In this document: positions 35,934 to 45,062 of the stretch, one piece after another
How the letters are laid out: each line of letters begins with the position of its first letter
How positions within the stretch are numbered: position 1 is the stretch's first letter
Position numbers and translations under genes: made by a program
Notes under the pieces: model-generated
Seen by the model: the letters and a program-made list of their open reading frames with translations, nothing else
Databases searched by the model: none
What the model was told of the DNA's origin: nothing
DNA from: Paludibacteraceae bacterium
GTDB lineage: Bacteria > Bacteroidota > Bacteroidia > Bacteroidales > Paludibacteraceae
DNA: 64,000 nt
Reading direction: 5' to 3'
Assembly (NCBI GenBank): GCA_017962005.1
Contig: JAGCWE010000131.1
Coordinates: 10,068-74,067 of the forward strand

Positions 35934-36617
35934 ATGAAAAAGGAAATCATTGTGGCGCTCATCGTGGCTATCGGGCTGGTGGGTGCGGGCTGTCTGGTGC
36001 AGCTCGGACTGAAACGAATTGCAGACAAGGATCGTTTTGTGACTGTCAAAGGTCTGTCGGAAAGGGAGGTGAAAGCCGACCATGTGACATGGCCGATGCA
36101 CTTTTCCGTATCGGGCAACGACCTCCGGCAACTGACTGCCGATTGTGCTGCATATACGGAAAGAGTCAAGGAATTTATGCAGAGCAAAGGTTTTAAGGCG
36201 GAGGATATGCAGGCGGGTTCCGTGTCGTTCAACAACAACTGGAGCCAGTATTACAGCACCCAACGCCCTGAGTACCATTACACTCTTTCGTCATCTCTGG
36301 TGCTCACGACCACCGATGTGGACAAGGTTGTGGCCAATCAGAACTGCCTTAACGAACTGTTAGAAAAGGGTATGGTTGTCGAGTCGGGCTGGATCAACTA
36401 TCAGTACAAGGCGTTCACCGACCTCAAACCGGAGATGATAGCTGAGGCGACGAAGAACGCGCGCGCGGTGGCACAGAAATTCGCGGACGATGCAGCATGC
36501 CGTTTGGGCAGTATCCGTCAGGCCAATCAGGGGCAGTTCTCTATGGACAACGACTCTGACCAGCCGTGGATAATCAAAGTGCGGGTCGTTTCCACGTTCC
36601 AATATTATCTCAAATAA
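35934..36617 (+). CDS. SIMPL-domain (DUF541) periplasmic/membrane-anchored protein
   Basis: It has an N-terminal TM anchor (MKKEIIVALIVAIGLVGAGCLV). The length (~227 aa) and the VTVKGLSEREVKAD start are typical of SIMPL-family proteins. Confidence 0.55.
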   Translation: MKKEIIVALIVAIGLVGAGCLVQLGLKRIADKDRFVTVKGLSEREVKADHVTWPMHFSVSGNDLRQLTADCAAYTERVKEFMQSKGFKAEDMQAGSVSFNNNWSQYYSTQRPEYHYTLSSSLVLTTTDVDKVVANQNCLNELLEKGMVVESGWINYQYKAFTDLKPEMIAEATKNARAVAQKFADDAACRLGSIRQANQGQFSMDNDSDQPWIIKVRVVSTFQYYLK

Positions 36618-36629
36618 CGTTCAATTGAT

Positions 36630-37607
36630 ATGGCGTTCTTCTCTTTTTTCAAGCGCTCCAAGGAAGAGGAGCAGAAGACACTTGACCAAGGACTTGACAA
36701 GAGCAAGCAGTCCCTGTTGTCGCGGATAGGACACGCTATCGCCGGCAAAACGACCATCGATGACGAGGTACTTGACAACCTGGAGGAGGCTCTTATCGCA
36801 TCCGATGTTGGCGTAGAAACCACTTTGCAAATCATTGAACGTCTGCAGGAACGTGTCAAACGCGACAAGTACGTGAACACGGACGAACTCAATCATATTA
36901 TGGTCGACGAGATATGCCAGATGCTTGAGGAAAACGCGCCCAACGCGGCATTACAACCGGAAGGCGGCGAGGTCTCATCTGCAGCACAGAAGCCCTATGT
37001 GGTGATGGTGGTCGGCGTGAACGGTGTGGGCAAAACCACGACGATAGGCAAGCTGGCATGGCGGTACAAGCAGGCGGGCAGGAGCGTTTATCTGGGTGCT
37101 GCCGACACGTTCCGTGCCGCCGCCGTGGAGCAGCTCTGCATTTGGGGTGAACGCGTGGGAGTGCCTGTCATCAAACAGCAGCAGGGGTCCGACCCCGCGT
37201 CCGTGGCATACGACACTCTTCAGTCTGCCAAAGCCAACAACGCCGATGTCGTGCTCATTGACACCGCGGGCAGACTGCACAACAAGGTGAATCTGATGAA
37301 CGAACTGACCAAAATCAAGCAGGTGATGAAGAAGGTCGTGCCCGATGCACCGCATGAGGTGCTGCTCGTTCTGGACGGCTCCACCGGGCAGAACGCGTTC
37401 GAGCAGGCACGGCAGTTTGCAGCCGCCACACAGATTACCTCGCTTGCTGTCACCAAACTGGACGGCACAGCAAAGGGTGGCGTGGTCATCGGTATCAGCA
37501 ACGAGATGCGAATCCCCGTCCGTTACATAGGACTCGGCGAAAAAATGGAAGACCTCCAGACTTTCAACCGCGAGGCGTTCGTCAGGGGTATATTAGGAAT
37601 CGAATAA
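36630..37607 (+). CDS. ftsY: Signal-recognition-particle receptor FtsY
   Basis: SRP GTPase motifs are present: GVNGVGKTTTIGKLA, DTAGRL, TKLDGTAKGG. Confidence 0.92.
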   Translation: MAFFSFFKRSKEEEQKTLDQGLDKSKQSLLSRIGHAIAGKTTIDDEVLDNLEEALIASDVGVETTLQIIERLQERVKRDKYVNTDELNHIMVDEICQMLEENAPNAALQPEGGEVSSAAQKPYVVMVVGVNGVGKTTTIGKLAWRYKQAGRSVYLGAADTFRAAAVEQLCIWGERVGVPVIKQQQGSDPASVAYDTLQSAKANNADVVLIDTAGRLHNKVNLMNELTKIKQVMKKVVPDAPHEVLLVLDGSTGQNAFEQARQFAAATQITSLAVTKLDGTAKGGVVIGISNEMRIPVRYIGLGEKMEDLQTFNREAFVRGILGIE

Positions 37608-37620
37608 TCAATCTACCTGT

Positions 37621-39966
37621 ATGAAAAAGTCTTTGTTTTCTCTTTTTGCCCTTTTGTTGGCGCTTGTCGGCTGTGTGAGGCAAAAAAACGTCGCGCCCTT
37701 CGCAGACGCTTGCTGGATAGGCAAACCAATCGCCGACTCGGCTTTCTACGATGCCGATGGTCATTCGCAGGTGCCTGCGCTCTGTCTGCAGCGCGAGTTC
37801 CTCTTGGAGAAGCCTGTGACGGATGCGCAGCTCTATATCAGTTCGATGGGATGGAACGAAGTGTATATCAACGGTGAGCGCGTGGGTGACAACGTGTTTG
37901 GCAACCTGCCCACCGAGTACGACCATACCATTTATTACCTCACGTACAATGTCGCACCGCTGCTGCAGGAAGGGGATAACATCATCAGCATCTCGCTTGC
38001 TCCAGGCTATTCCGTCGGTATGCAGAAAGGCATGGCTCTGTTCGGTGCGCCGCGCGTTATAGCCGACTTGCGGATGTACAGCCGCTGGAACGGGCAGCGC
38101 TTTGTAACCGATTCCACGTGGATAATGACCGACAAAGGACCAATCACCCGCAGCGACCTCTACGATGGTGAGACCTATGATGCGCGCCTCGAATATACGC
38201 CCGATTGGGAGCAGGCGCAGGTGCTGCCCGCCCCCGAAGGCAGACTCTTGCCTCAGCCGTCGCCCTCAATGGCGGTGATGGACACCATTGTCCCGCTGTC
38301 CGTGCAACCCGTTGTCCGCACTGAAAAGAAAAAGCAGATTGAAACGGGACATTTTCTGGTGGATATGGGGCAGAATATGGTCGGTTGGTTCAGCCTCAAA
38401 GCCAAAGGAAAAACCGGACAGCCCGTCGTGATGCGCTTTGCGGAAACATTGCAGGCGGACGGCATGACCATCTATACGGACAACCTGCGTGACGCCCGTT
38501 GCACCAACACCTATATCCCTGCCGAAGATGGCGAGTTCACCTATTGCCCTTCAACGGTCTATCAGGGCTTCCGCTATGTGGATATAGAGGGGCTGGAAGA
38601 GATGCCTGCATTGGGCGATATGGCAGGTCTGGTTATTTACGACCGTATGGCATCCACCTCATCGTTCGAGTGTTCCGACTCGCTGCTCAACCGTCTGCAC
38701 GAGGCGGCGTACAACGGCATTCGGGGCAACTACCATGGTATGCCCACCGACTGCCCGCAGCGTGATGAGCGTCTTGGTTGGCTCGGCGACCGCTTCACCG
38801 GAGCCTACGGCGAGAGTTACCTCTTTGACAACCGCGACCTCTACCTTAAGTGGTTGCAGGACATTGAGGACACGCAGGATTCCACCGGACAGGTGGCGCA
38901 CATCGCTCCCCAGTACTGGCTGCGCCTTCGTTCAGCCAACGTCACGTGGTGCGGCACTTATATCAGCATTGCCTATATGCTCCTCCAGCGCTACGGTGAC
39001 GAGCAGGGCTTCCGCCTCCACTATGACTCGATGCGCCGATGGGTGCAGTTCATCGTCAATAACGCGATGGAGGACAATATCGTTGTCAAGGACACCTACG
39101 GCGACTGGTGCATGCCCCCTGAGAGTCAGGAACTCATCCATAGCAAAGACCCGTCACGCATTACGGAGAAAGCGGTTCTCTCCACTACCGTCTTCTACCA
39201 GCTGTTAGGCTACATGCAGGAATTTGCCCGCCGTATGGGCAAGACCGCTGACGAGAAGGAGTACGCAACGCTTGCCGAAACGATGAAGCAGGCGTATAAT
39301 GAACGCTTCTTCAATCCCGTAACGGCACAGTACAGTAACAACACCGTCACCGCCAATATTCTCTCCCTTGCGCTCGGATTGGTGCCCGAAGGACAGGAGC
39401 AGCGCGTGATGGAGAACATTGTCAATGTGACCGTCAACCGCTTTGACAGCCACGTCAGCGTAGGCGTGCTGGGCATTCAGCACCTGATGCGCACGTTGAC
39501 CCGTATGGGGCATCCCGAACTGGCGTACAGGATTGCCACCAACACGTCCTATCCCTCGTGGGGCTATATGCTGGAGCACGGTGCCACCACCATCTGGGAA
39601 CTCTGGAACGGCGACACAGCCAATCCCGCGATGAACTCCGGCAACCACGTCATGCTCCTCGGCGATGTGCTGCTCTGGATGTACGAGGATTTGGCGGGTA
39701 TCCGTCCCGCGTGCGATGTCCTGCCCGATGCCCCGGATGCATACGCGCAACTCTATATGCGGCCGTATTTCGCCCCGGAACTCAGTTTCGTAAAGGCCTC
39801 TTATTACTCGGTGAACGGACTCATCTGCAGCGAATGGCAACGTCAGGATGACGGCACGATCCGTTGGAATGTAACACTGCCGAAAGGTGTTTCCGCCCTT
39901 GTGCAGTTGTCTGGACAACCGCAGCAAACCTTCAAAGAATCATTCGTCTGTACGGTCAATCCGTAA
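37621..39966 (+). CDS. GH78-family alpha-L-rhamnosidase-like lipoprotein
   Basis: It has a lipobox (LLLALVGC). The 781-aa length and the central (alpha/alpha)6-type region (YHGMPTDCPQRDERLGWLGD) are characteristic of bacterial rhamnosidases. Confidence 0.75.
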   Translation: MKKSLFSLFALLLALVGCVRQKNVAPFADACWIGKPIADSAFYDADGHSQVPALCLQREFLLEKPVTDAQLYISSMGWNEVYINGERVGDNVFGNLPTEYDHTIYYLTYNVAPLLQEGDNIISISLAPGYSVGMQKGMALFGAPRVIADLRMYSRWNGQRFVTDSTWIMTDKGPITRSDLYDGETYDARLEYTPDWEQAQVLPAPEGRLLPQPSPSMAVMDTIVPLSVQPVVRTEKKKQIETGHFLVDMGQNMVGWFSLKAKGKTGQPVVMRFAETLQADGMTIYTDNLRDARCTNTYIPAEDGEFTYCPSTVYQGFRYVDIEGLEEMPALGDMAGLVIYDRMASTSSFECSDSLLNRLHEAAYNGIRGNYHGMPTDCPQRDERLGWLGDRFTGAYGESYLFDNRDLYLKWLQDIEDTQDSTGQVAHIAPQYWLRLRSANVTWCGTYISIAYMLLQRYGDEQGFRLHYDSMRRWVQFIVNNAMEDNIVVKDTYGDWCMPPESQELIHSKDPSRITEKAVLSTTVFYQLLGYMQEFARRMGKTADEKEYATLAETMKQAYNERFFNPVTAQYSNNTVTANILSLALGLVPEGQEQRVMENIVNVTVNRFDSHVSVGVLGIQHLMRTLTRMGHPELAYRIATNTSYPSWGYMLEHGATTIWELWNGDTANPAMNSGNHVMLLGDVLLWMYEDLAGIRPACDVLPDAPDAYAQLYMRPYFAPELSFVKASYYSVNGLICSEWQRQDDGTIRWNVTLPKGVSALVQLSGQPQQTFKESFVCTVNP

Positions 39967-39974
39967 TCACAAAG

Positions 39975-40008
39975 CAATCCCAGGCAGCTGCTTGGGATTG
40001 TTATTTTA
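39975..40008 (+). terminator. Rho-independent terminator after the rhamnosidase gene
   Basis: Stem CAATCCCAGG/CTTGGGATTG (one G-T pair) followed by TTATTTTA. Confidence 0.55.
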
Positions 40009-40038
40009 TCGAGACTGTGCAGGCGGACTGCACGCTGT

Positions 40039-41271
40039 TCAATGGAAGAACAGGTAGCCGAGCAGGATGGCTGCAAGAATGCCGAAGAAATCGGCTATCA
40101 GTCCGCAGAGAACGGCATAGCGGGTGTCCTTGATGCGGACGCTGCCGAAATAGACGGCTATGATGTAGAACGTGGTGTCCGTGCTGCCTTGCACGATGCT
40201 CACCAGTCTGCCTACAAACGAATCAGCACCGTACTGCACCATCGCGTCCACCATCAGTCCGCGTGCGCCGCTGCCGCTCAATGGGCGCATCAGAGCTGTC
40301 GGAAGGGCGGGCACCCAGTCCGCATTCAGCCCCAATAAAGTGACGAACCACGTCACTCCGTCCACCACATAGCCCATTGCGCCGCTTGCACGGAAGATGC
40401 CGATGGCGACAAGGATGGCGATGAGGTAGGGGATGATGCCGACTGCCGTCTGGAAGCCGTCTTTAGCCCCGTCGATGAATGCGTCATAGACGTTCACGCG
40501 CTTCACCATTCCTGCTATGATGAACCACACAATCACGCCCAGAAGAATGGCGGCGGCCAGCACGCCCGACCACTTCGCCACTGTTTCCTGGGGCAGACGC
40601 ATAGCTCCCCAGATGACAAGTGCGACAAAGAGTGTCAGACCGCCCAGTGTGCCCATCACAACGCGGTTGAAAAGATTGATTCGCTGTGCTACGGCAACAC
40701 TGATGATTCCTGCCATGGCGGCGAAGTACGTGGCGAGCAGGATGGGCAGGAACACGTCTGCCGGATTGGCGGCACCGAGTTGCGCCCTGTAGGTCATTAT
40801 GCTCACCGGAACCAGTGTCAAACCGCTGGTTACCAGTACGAGGAACATTATCATTGAGTCCGAGGCGCGTTCCTTGTCCGTGTTGGTCTCCTGCATCTCG
40901 CGCATCGCCTGCAGTCCCAGGGGGGTGGCGGCGTTGTCGATGCCCAGCATCGTGGCGCTCAGGTTCATCAGCATGCTGCCGAAAGCGGGATGACCTTTTG
41001 GCAGACTGGGGAACATACGGGTGAAGAACGGGCTGACAAGGCGTGACATCCGGTTCACCACTCCGCCGCGCTCTCCGATTTTCATTATGCCCATCCACAG
41101 CGACAGCACACCCGTCAGGCCGATGGATATCTCAAAACCCGTCTTCGCGCTTGCGAAGGTCGAGTTGAGCATTTCCGAGAACACGTCCGCCTGACCGGTC
41201 AGTGCCCAATGGATGAAGCCCACCAGCACGCCGATGAGTATCAGCCCTATCCAAATGTAGTTGAGAGCCAT
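40039..41271 (-). CDS. Nucleoside-recognition-domain membrane protein (fused SpmA/SpmB-like)
   Basis: 410 aa and polytopic. The N-terminus MALNYIWIGLILIGVLVGF and the overall pattern match the SpmA/SpmB-type family. Confidence 0.65.
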   Translation of the reverse strand: MALNYIWIGLILIGVLVGFIHWALTGQADVFSEMLNSTFASAKTGFEISIGLTGVLSLWMGIMKIGERGGVVNRMSRLVSPFFTRMFPSLPKGHPAFGSMLMNLSATMLGIDNAATPLGLQAMREMQETNTDKERASDSMIMFLVLVTSGLTLVPVSIMTYRAQLGAANPADVFLPILLATYFAAMAGIISVAVAQRINLFNRVVMGTLGGLTLFVALVIWGAMRLPQETVAKWSGVLAAAILLGVIVWFIIAGMVKRVNVYDAFIDGAKDGFQTAVGIIPYLIAILVAIGIFRASGAMGYVVDGVTWFVTLLGLNADWVPALPTALMRPLSGSGARGLMVDAMVQYGADSFVGRLVSIVQGSTDTTFYIIAVYFGSVRIKDTRYAVLCGLIADFFGILAAILLGYLFFH

Positions 41272-43041
41272 TTATCTGCAGTTTTTAAAAGCGTTCTTGC
41301 CCACTTTGATGCCGCTCAGGTCGGGTGTCTGCAGTTTGATGCAGTCGCGGAAGGCCTCTTTGCCCACTTCTTCAAGGCTGTCGGGCCACTCCACTTTCTG
41401 CAGGTTCTTGCAGTCCGCAAATGCGCTCTCGCCTATCACCAGAAGACTCTTTGAGAACTTCACCTCCTGCAGGCTGCGGCACGTGGCGAAGGCGCGGGCG
41501 CCCACTTTCTCAAGCGTGGCGTTCATATATACCCTGCGCAGGTTGATGCACTGCTCGAATGCCCGTTCGCCCAGTGTCTCCAGTTCCTTGGGTAAGCTGA
41601 TTTCTGTCAGTTTGATGCAGTGGAGGAATGCCTCTTGCTCGATGACGTGTACGTGTTCGTTCATCGTTATGCGCTCCAGGGTCTGGCAGTTGGTGAACGC
41701 GTTCTTGCCGATGCGGAACAAATCCTTCGGGATGTTGATTTTCTCCAGCATCATGCAGCCCATGAAGGCCTCGTCGTCTATTGAGTACAGGCCTTCCGGC
41801 AGACGCACCCCGTACAGGCGTGTGCAGTCTTTGAAGCAGCCTTTGCCCACTTGTGTGACTGCATAGGGCACCTCCACCTTGAACAGGGTCTGGCAGCCCG
41901 CAAACGCCATCTCGCCGAGGTATTCCACTGTTGTGGGGAATACTATCTCTTCCAGTTGTGAGCAGCCGTAGAACGCGCCGTCATCAATCCGTTCGGTCTC
42001 CTTCGGCAGTTGGATGTGTTTGAACTTCCGGCACGCGTAGAAACATGCCATCGGGATGCCTTTCAGTTTGTCCGAGAGTGTCTGATTCTCAAGGTTCAGG
42101 CAGCCGTAGAACGCCCCTGCGCCCAGCGATTCAAGCGTTGCGGGCAGCGTGGCTGAGGTCAGGCGTTCGCAGCCGTAGAAGGCGTACATGCCCACTTTCG
42201 TCACCATGGAGGGTATTACCGCCTCGCGCAGTTCCGTGCAGCCCATGAACGCCCCGGCGGGTATCTCCCACAGGCTGTCAGGCAGCACAATGGAGGTTAG
42301 GACTTTGTTGTCCTTGAACGCGCCGCTTGCTATCAGACGGACGGGTTTCTTGCTTGAAAAGGTGTATTTCGCTTTGATGCCCGCATTGGTATGGATTAGG
42401 CAGCCGTCCACGACGAGCGAACCTTTCTTCCAGTGGTTCTCGTCAAGGTACAGGGCTGTTCCGGCGAGGATGTCTTCGCCGATGTGCCGTACCGAGGCAG
42501 GGATGTTTATCTTGGTCAGGTTCTTGCAGCCCTTGAATGTGTCGTGGTCTATCTCGCGCAGTCCGTCCGGCAGGATGACGCGTGTCACGGTCTTGTTGTT
42601 CTCAAAGGCGCCGGCGGCTATCAGGCGCACGCCTTCCGGCACTTCGTACTTGGGGGCTATGTCCTTGCTTGTGGCTATCAGGCAGCTGTCAATAATCAGC
42701 GCGCCGTCCTCCCAGAATGTCTTGTTCTTCATCAGTCCCGTGCCGTCAAACGCGCTGCGGTAGATGTGCTCGATGCTCGATGGGATGACGATGGCTTCGA
42801 GGTGCTTGTTGCCTTTGAACGCCTTCTCGCCGATTTCGGTCACGCGGTATGTGCGGTTGCCCACGCGTATCTCCGACGGGATGACGAGGTCGCCGTACGC
42901 TTTCGGGGTTTCTGTCACCTGCGCCGTACATTCTATCGGGTCAAGCAGGTAGTAAATCTCGTTGTAGAGAGTCTTTTCTTGTGCGTTGCCGTTCCATAAT
43001 GCCCCGAACACTGCGAGGACTGACCATACGAATCTCTTCAT
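41272..43041 (-). CDS. BspA-like leucine-rich-repeat (LRR_5) surface protein
   Basis: It has a signal peptide followed by ~20 repeats of the pattern I(P/G)xxAFxxCxxLxxIxIPxSV. It lacks the C-terminal motif seen in the small LRR proteins at 9.2-11.7 kb. Confidence 0.8.
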   Translation of the reverse strand: MKRFVWSVLAVFGALWNGNAQEKTLYNEIYYLLDPIECTAQVTETPKAYGDLVIPSEIRVGNRTYRVTEIGEKAFKGNKHLEAIVIPSSIEHIYRSAFDGTGLMKNKTFWEDGALIIDSCLIATSKDIAPKYEVPEGVRLIAAGAFENNKTVTRVILPDGLREIDHDTFKGCKNLTKINIPASVRHIGEDILAGTALYLDENHWKKGSLVVDGCLIHTNAGIKAKYTFSSKKPVRLIASGAFKDNKVLTSIVLPDSLWEIPAGAFMGCTELREAVIPSMVTKVGMYAFYGCERLTSATLPATLESLGAGAFYGCLNLENQTLSDKLKGIPMACFYACRKFKHIQLPKETERIDDGAFYGCSQLEEIVFPTTVEYLGEMAFAGCQTLFKVEVPYAVTQVGKGCFKDCTRLYGVRLPEGLYSIDDEAFMGCMMLEKINIPKDLFRIGKNAFTNCQTLERITMNEHVHVIEQEAFLHCIKLTEISLPKELETLGERAFEQCINLRRVYMNATLEKVGARAFATCRSLQEVKFSKSLLVIGESAFADCKNLQKVEWPDSLEEVGKEAFRDCIKLQTPDLSGIKVGKNAFKNCR

Positions 43042-43077
43042 ATTGCTGTTTTATGTTTAGTCACATTCTTTTGCGCC

Positions 43078-43085
43078 GCAAAGAT
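43078..43085 (-). promoter_or_regulatory. -7 promoter box TATCTTTG (minus strand)
   Basis: The plus strand reads CAAAGATA, 37 nt upstream of the ATG at 43041. Confidence 0.5.
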
Positions 43086-43116
43086 ACGGCGTTTTTCGCA
43101 ACTGTGCGATAGATTG

Positions 43117-43158
43117 CGAAAAAAAACTGTCCGGCAGCCTTACGGGGCGTCGGACAGT
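43117..43158 (-). terminator. Rho-independent terminator of gdhA
   Basis: Hairpin AACTGTCCG...CGGACAGTT, followed on the minus strand by a run of 8 T. Confidence 0.7.
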
Positions 43159-43181
43159 TCGTTCTGTGTGTCTCTTGCGGA

Positions 43182-44525
43182 TTAGATGATGCCCTGCTCG
43201 AGCATGGCGGTGGCGACTTTCATGAAGCCGGCGATGTTGGCGCCCTTCACGTAGTCCACATGGCCGTCGGCTTGTGTGCCGAACTTCACGCACTGCTCGT
43301 GGATCGACTCCATGATGTGGTGCAGACGCTCGTCAACTTCTTCGCCTTTCCAGCTCAGGTGCTCGGCGTTCTGTGTCATCTCCAGACCGGAGGTGGCTAC
43401 GCCGCCTGCGTTCACGGCTTTGCCCGGAGCGAACAGGAAGCCCTGTTTCTGCATGTAGTGGATGGCGTCTGCCTGGCAGCCCATGTTCGAGATCTCGGCG
43501 CAAATCTTGCAGCCGTTCTTCTCCAGTTCCTTCGCGTCTTCCAGACTCAGCTCGTTCTGGAATGCCGACGGCATGGCGATGTCGCAGGGTACGGACCATG
43601 ATTTCTTGCCCGCTGTGAATTTTGCCTGTGCGGGGAACTTCTGAGCCATCTCTTCCACTTTGTTGTGGTTAGAGGCGCGCATGACGAGCATGTAGTCAAT
43701 CATTTCGTTCGTGATACCGTCCTTGATTTCGCATACGCCGTCAGGACCGGAGATGGCAACCACTTTAGCACCCAGTTGCACGGCCTTGATGGCTGCGCCC
43801 CATGCTACGTTGCCGAAGCCCGACAAGGCTACGCGCATGCCTTTGATGTCCTTGCCCGCTTTGTGGAGCATGTGCTGGGTGAAGTACAGCGCACCGAAAC
43901 CGGTAGCCTCGGGACGGAGTACAGAACCGCCGAATGTCATGCCCTTGCCGGTCAGAACGCCGGTATGGTACTGGCGGGCGAGTTTCTGGTACATGCCGTT
44001 CAGGAAGCCGATCTCGCGGCCGCCTACGCCTACGTCACCCGCGGGAACGTCCTGGTCGGGACCGATGCAGCGCCACAACTCCAGCATGAACGCTTGGCAG
44101 AAACGCATGATTTCAGCGTCTGACTTGCCTACGGGGTCGAAGTCCGAACCGCCTTTGCCGCCGCCCATAGGAAGGGTCGTCAGGGCGTTCTTGAACGTCT
44201 GCTCGAAGCCGAGGAACTTCAGCATGCTCGGGGTCACCGCCTTATGGAAACGCAAACCGCCTTTGTACGGGCCTATCGCGCTGTTGAACTGAACACGGTA
44301 GCCGAGGTTGGTCTGTACATTGCCTTTGTCATCCACCCAAGTAACGCGGAACGTAAAGATACGGTCCGGCTCCACCATGCGCTCCACGATTTGAGCCTTC
44401 TCAAATTCAGGATGCTGGTTGTACACTTCCTCGATTGACTCGAGAACTTCCTGAACGGCCTGCAGATACTCTGCCTCGCCCGGATGCTTTGCAGCCAAAC
44501 GCTGCATGATTTCAGCTGTTTTCAT
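43182..44525 (-). CDS. gdhA: NAD(P)-specific glutamate dehydrogenase
   Basis: 447 aa carrying the GDH signature LPMGGGKGGSDFDP and the dinucleotide fold GFGNVAWGAA. Confidence 0.93.
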   Translation of the reverse strand: MKTAEIMQRLAAKHPGEAEYLQAVQEVLESIEEVYNQHPEFEKAQIVERMVEPDRIFTFRVTWVDDKGNVQTNLGYRVQFNSAIGPYKGGLRFHKAVTPSMLKFLGFEQTFKNALTTLPMGGGKGGSDFDPVGKSDAEIMRFCQAFMLELWRCIGPDQDVPAGDVGVGGREIGFLNGMYQKLARQYHTGVLTGKGMTFGGSVLRPEATGFGALYFTQHMLHKAGKDIKGMRVALSGFGNVAWGAAIKAVQLGAKVVAISGPDGVCEIKDGITNEMIDYMLVMRASNHNKVEEMAQKFPAQAKFTAGKKSWSVPCDIAMPSAFQNELSLEDAKELEKNGCKICAEISNMGCQADAIHYMQKQGFLFAPGKAVNAGGVATSGLEMTQNAEHLSWKGEEVDERLHHIMESIHEQCVKFGTQADGHVDYVKGANIAGFMKVATAMLEQGII

Positions 44526-44578
44526 GCTAAAAAGCTAAAAATAAGTTAATAATGTTGGTTGTTTGGGGTAAAACACCG

Positions 44579-44586
44579 CAAAAGTA
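44579..44586 (-). promoter_or_regulatory. -7 promoter box TACTTTTG (minus strand) for gdhA
   Basis: The plus strand reads CAAAAGTA, 54 nt upstream of the ATG at 44525. Confidence 0.55.
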
Positions 44587-44639
44587 CGGCGACTTTTTTG
44601 TATAAAAAAATAAAAATGCAATTTTCACTTTGCAAACCG

Positions 44640-44850
44640 CCTCTTACCCTTCTCCTTCTCTCGTCTTTCCTTTCTCGGCATGTCTTCGGTTTCTTGTCTT
44701 TTTTCGCCTTATTCTTATCTTCATCTCGTCCTTCTTTTCCCGTTATCTCGTCCCTCTTTTCCTGTTATCTTGTCCTTCTTTTTTTCTTTCTCTTGCCATT
44801 CTTTTTTCCTCCTCTTCTCGCTCTTTTCAGCATCTTCTTGCGTAACATAC
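44640..44850. repeat. Polypyrimidine (plus-strand T/C) tract with 22-nt periodicity
   Basis: TCG(T/C)CC-type unit starts recur at 44704, 44726, 44748 and 44770, with degenerate copies either side. There is almost no purine, so all three plus frames stay open. Confidence 0.75.
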
Positions 44851-44851
44851 A

Positions 44852-44941
44852 CGATAGATATACGTTAGATACACGTTAGATATACGATAGATATACGTTA
44901 GATACACGATAGATATACGTTAGATAAACGATGGATTAAGC
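44852..44941. repeat. Array of 11-mers CGATAGATATA / CGTTAGATA(T/C)A, inverted copy of the 25395-25493 array
   Basis: The reverse complement reads CGCTTAATCCATCG-TTTATCTAACG-TATATCTATCG-TGTATCTAACG... This is the same leader and the same 11-mer family as at 25381. Confidence 0.9.
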
Positions 44942-45027
44942 GCCTCTCATCGGACTTTTACAGTGGTCTGACAGAAGTTTTGCAATATTTTTTACGGGTT
45001 AAAATTGTATATGGCATTTATTTCTTG

Positions 45028-45035
45028 TACTTTTG
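45028..45035 (+). promoter_or_regulatory. -7 promoter box TACTTTTG
   Basis: It lies 28 nt upstream of the ATG at 45063. Confidence 0.6.
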
Positions 45036-45062
45036 CGCGTTTGATTGATTGTGTTCTGTAAG

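Noticed and set aside
35787-36278. The 164-aa N-terminal extension of the ComEC ORF given in the ORF track.
   Set aside because: The extension overlaps the SIMPL gene and its promoter on the opposite strand and has no membrane-protein character. The internal start MPEMLRKFPVLFLL begins the first TM helix.
44559-44879. Three overlapping ORFs (62-106 aa) in all plus frames.
   Set aside because: They are an artefact of a polypyrimidine tract that cannot encode stop codons. Their Ser/Phe/Leu/Pro-only peptides are not credible proteins.
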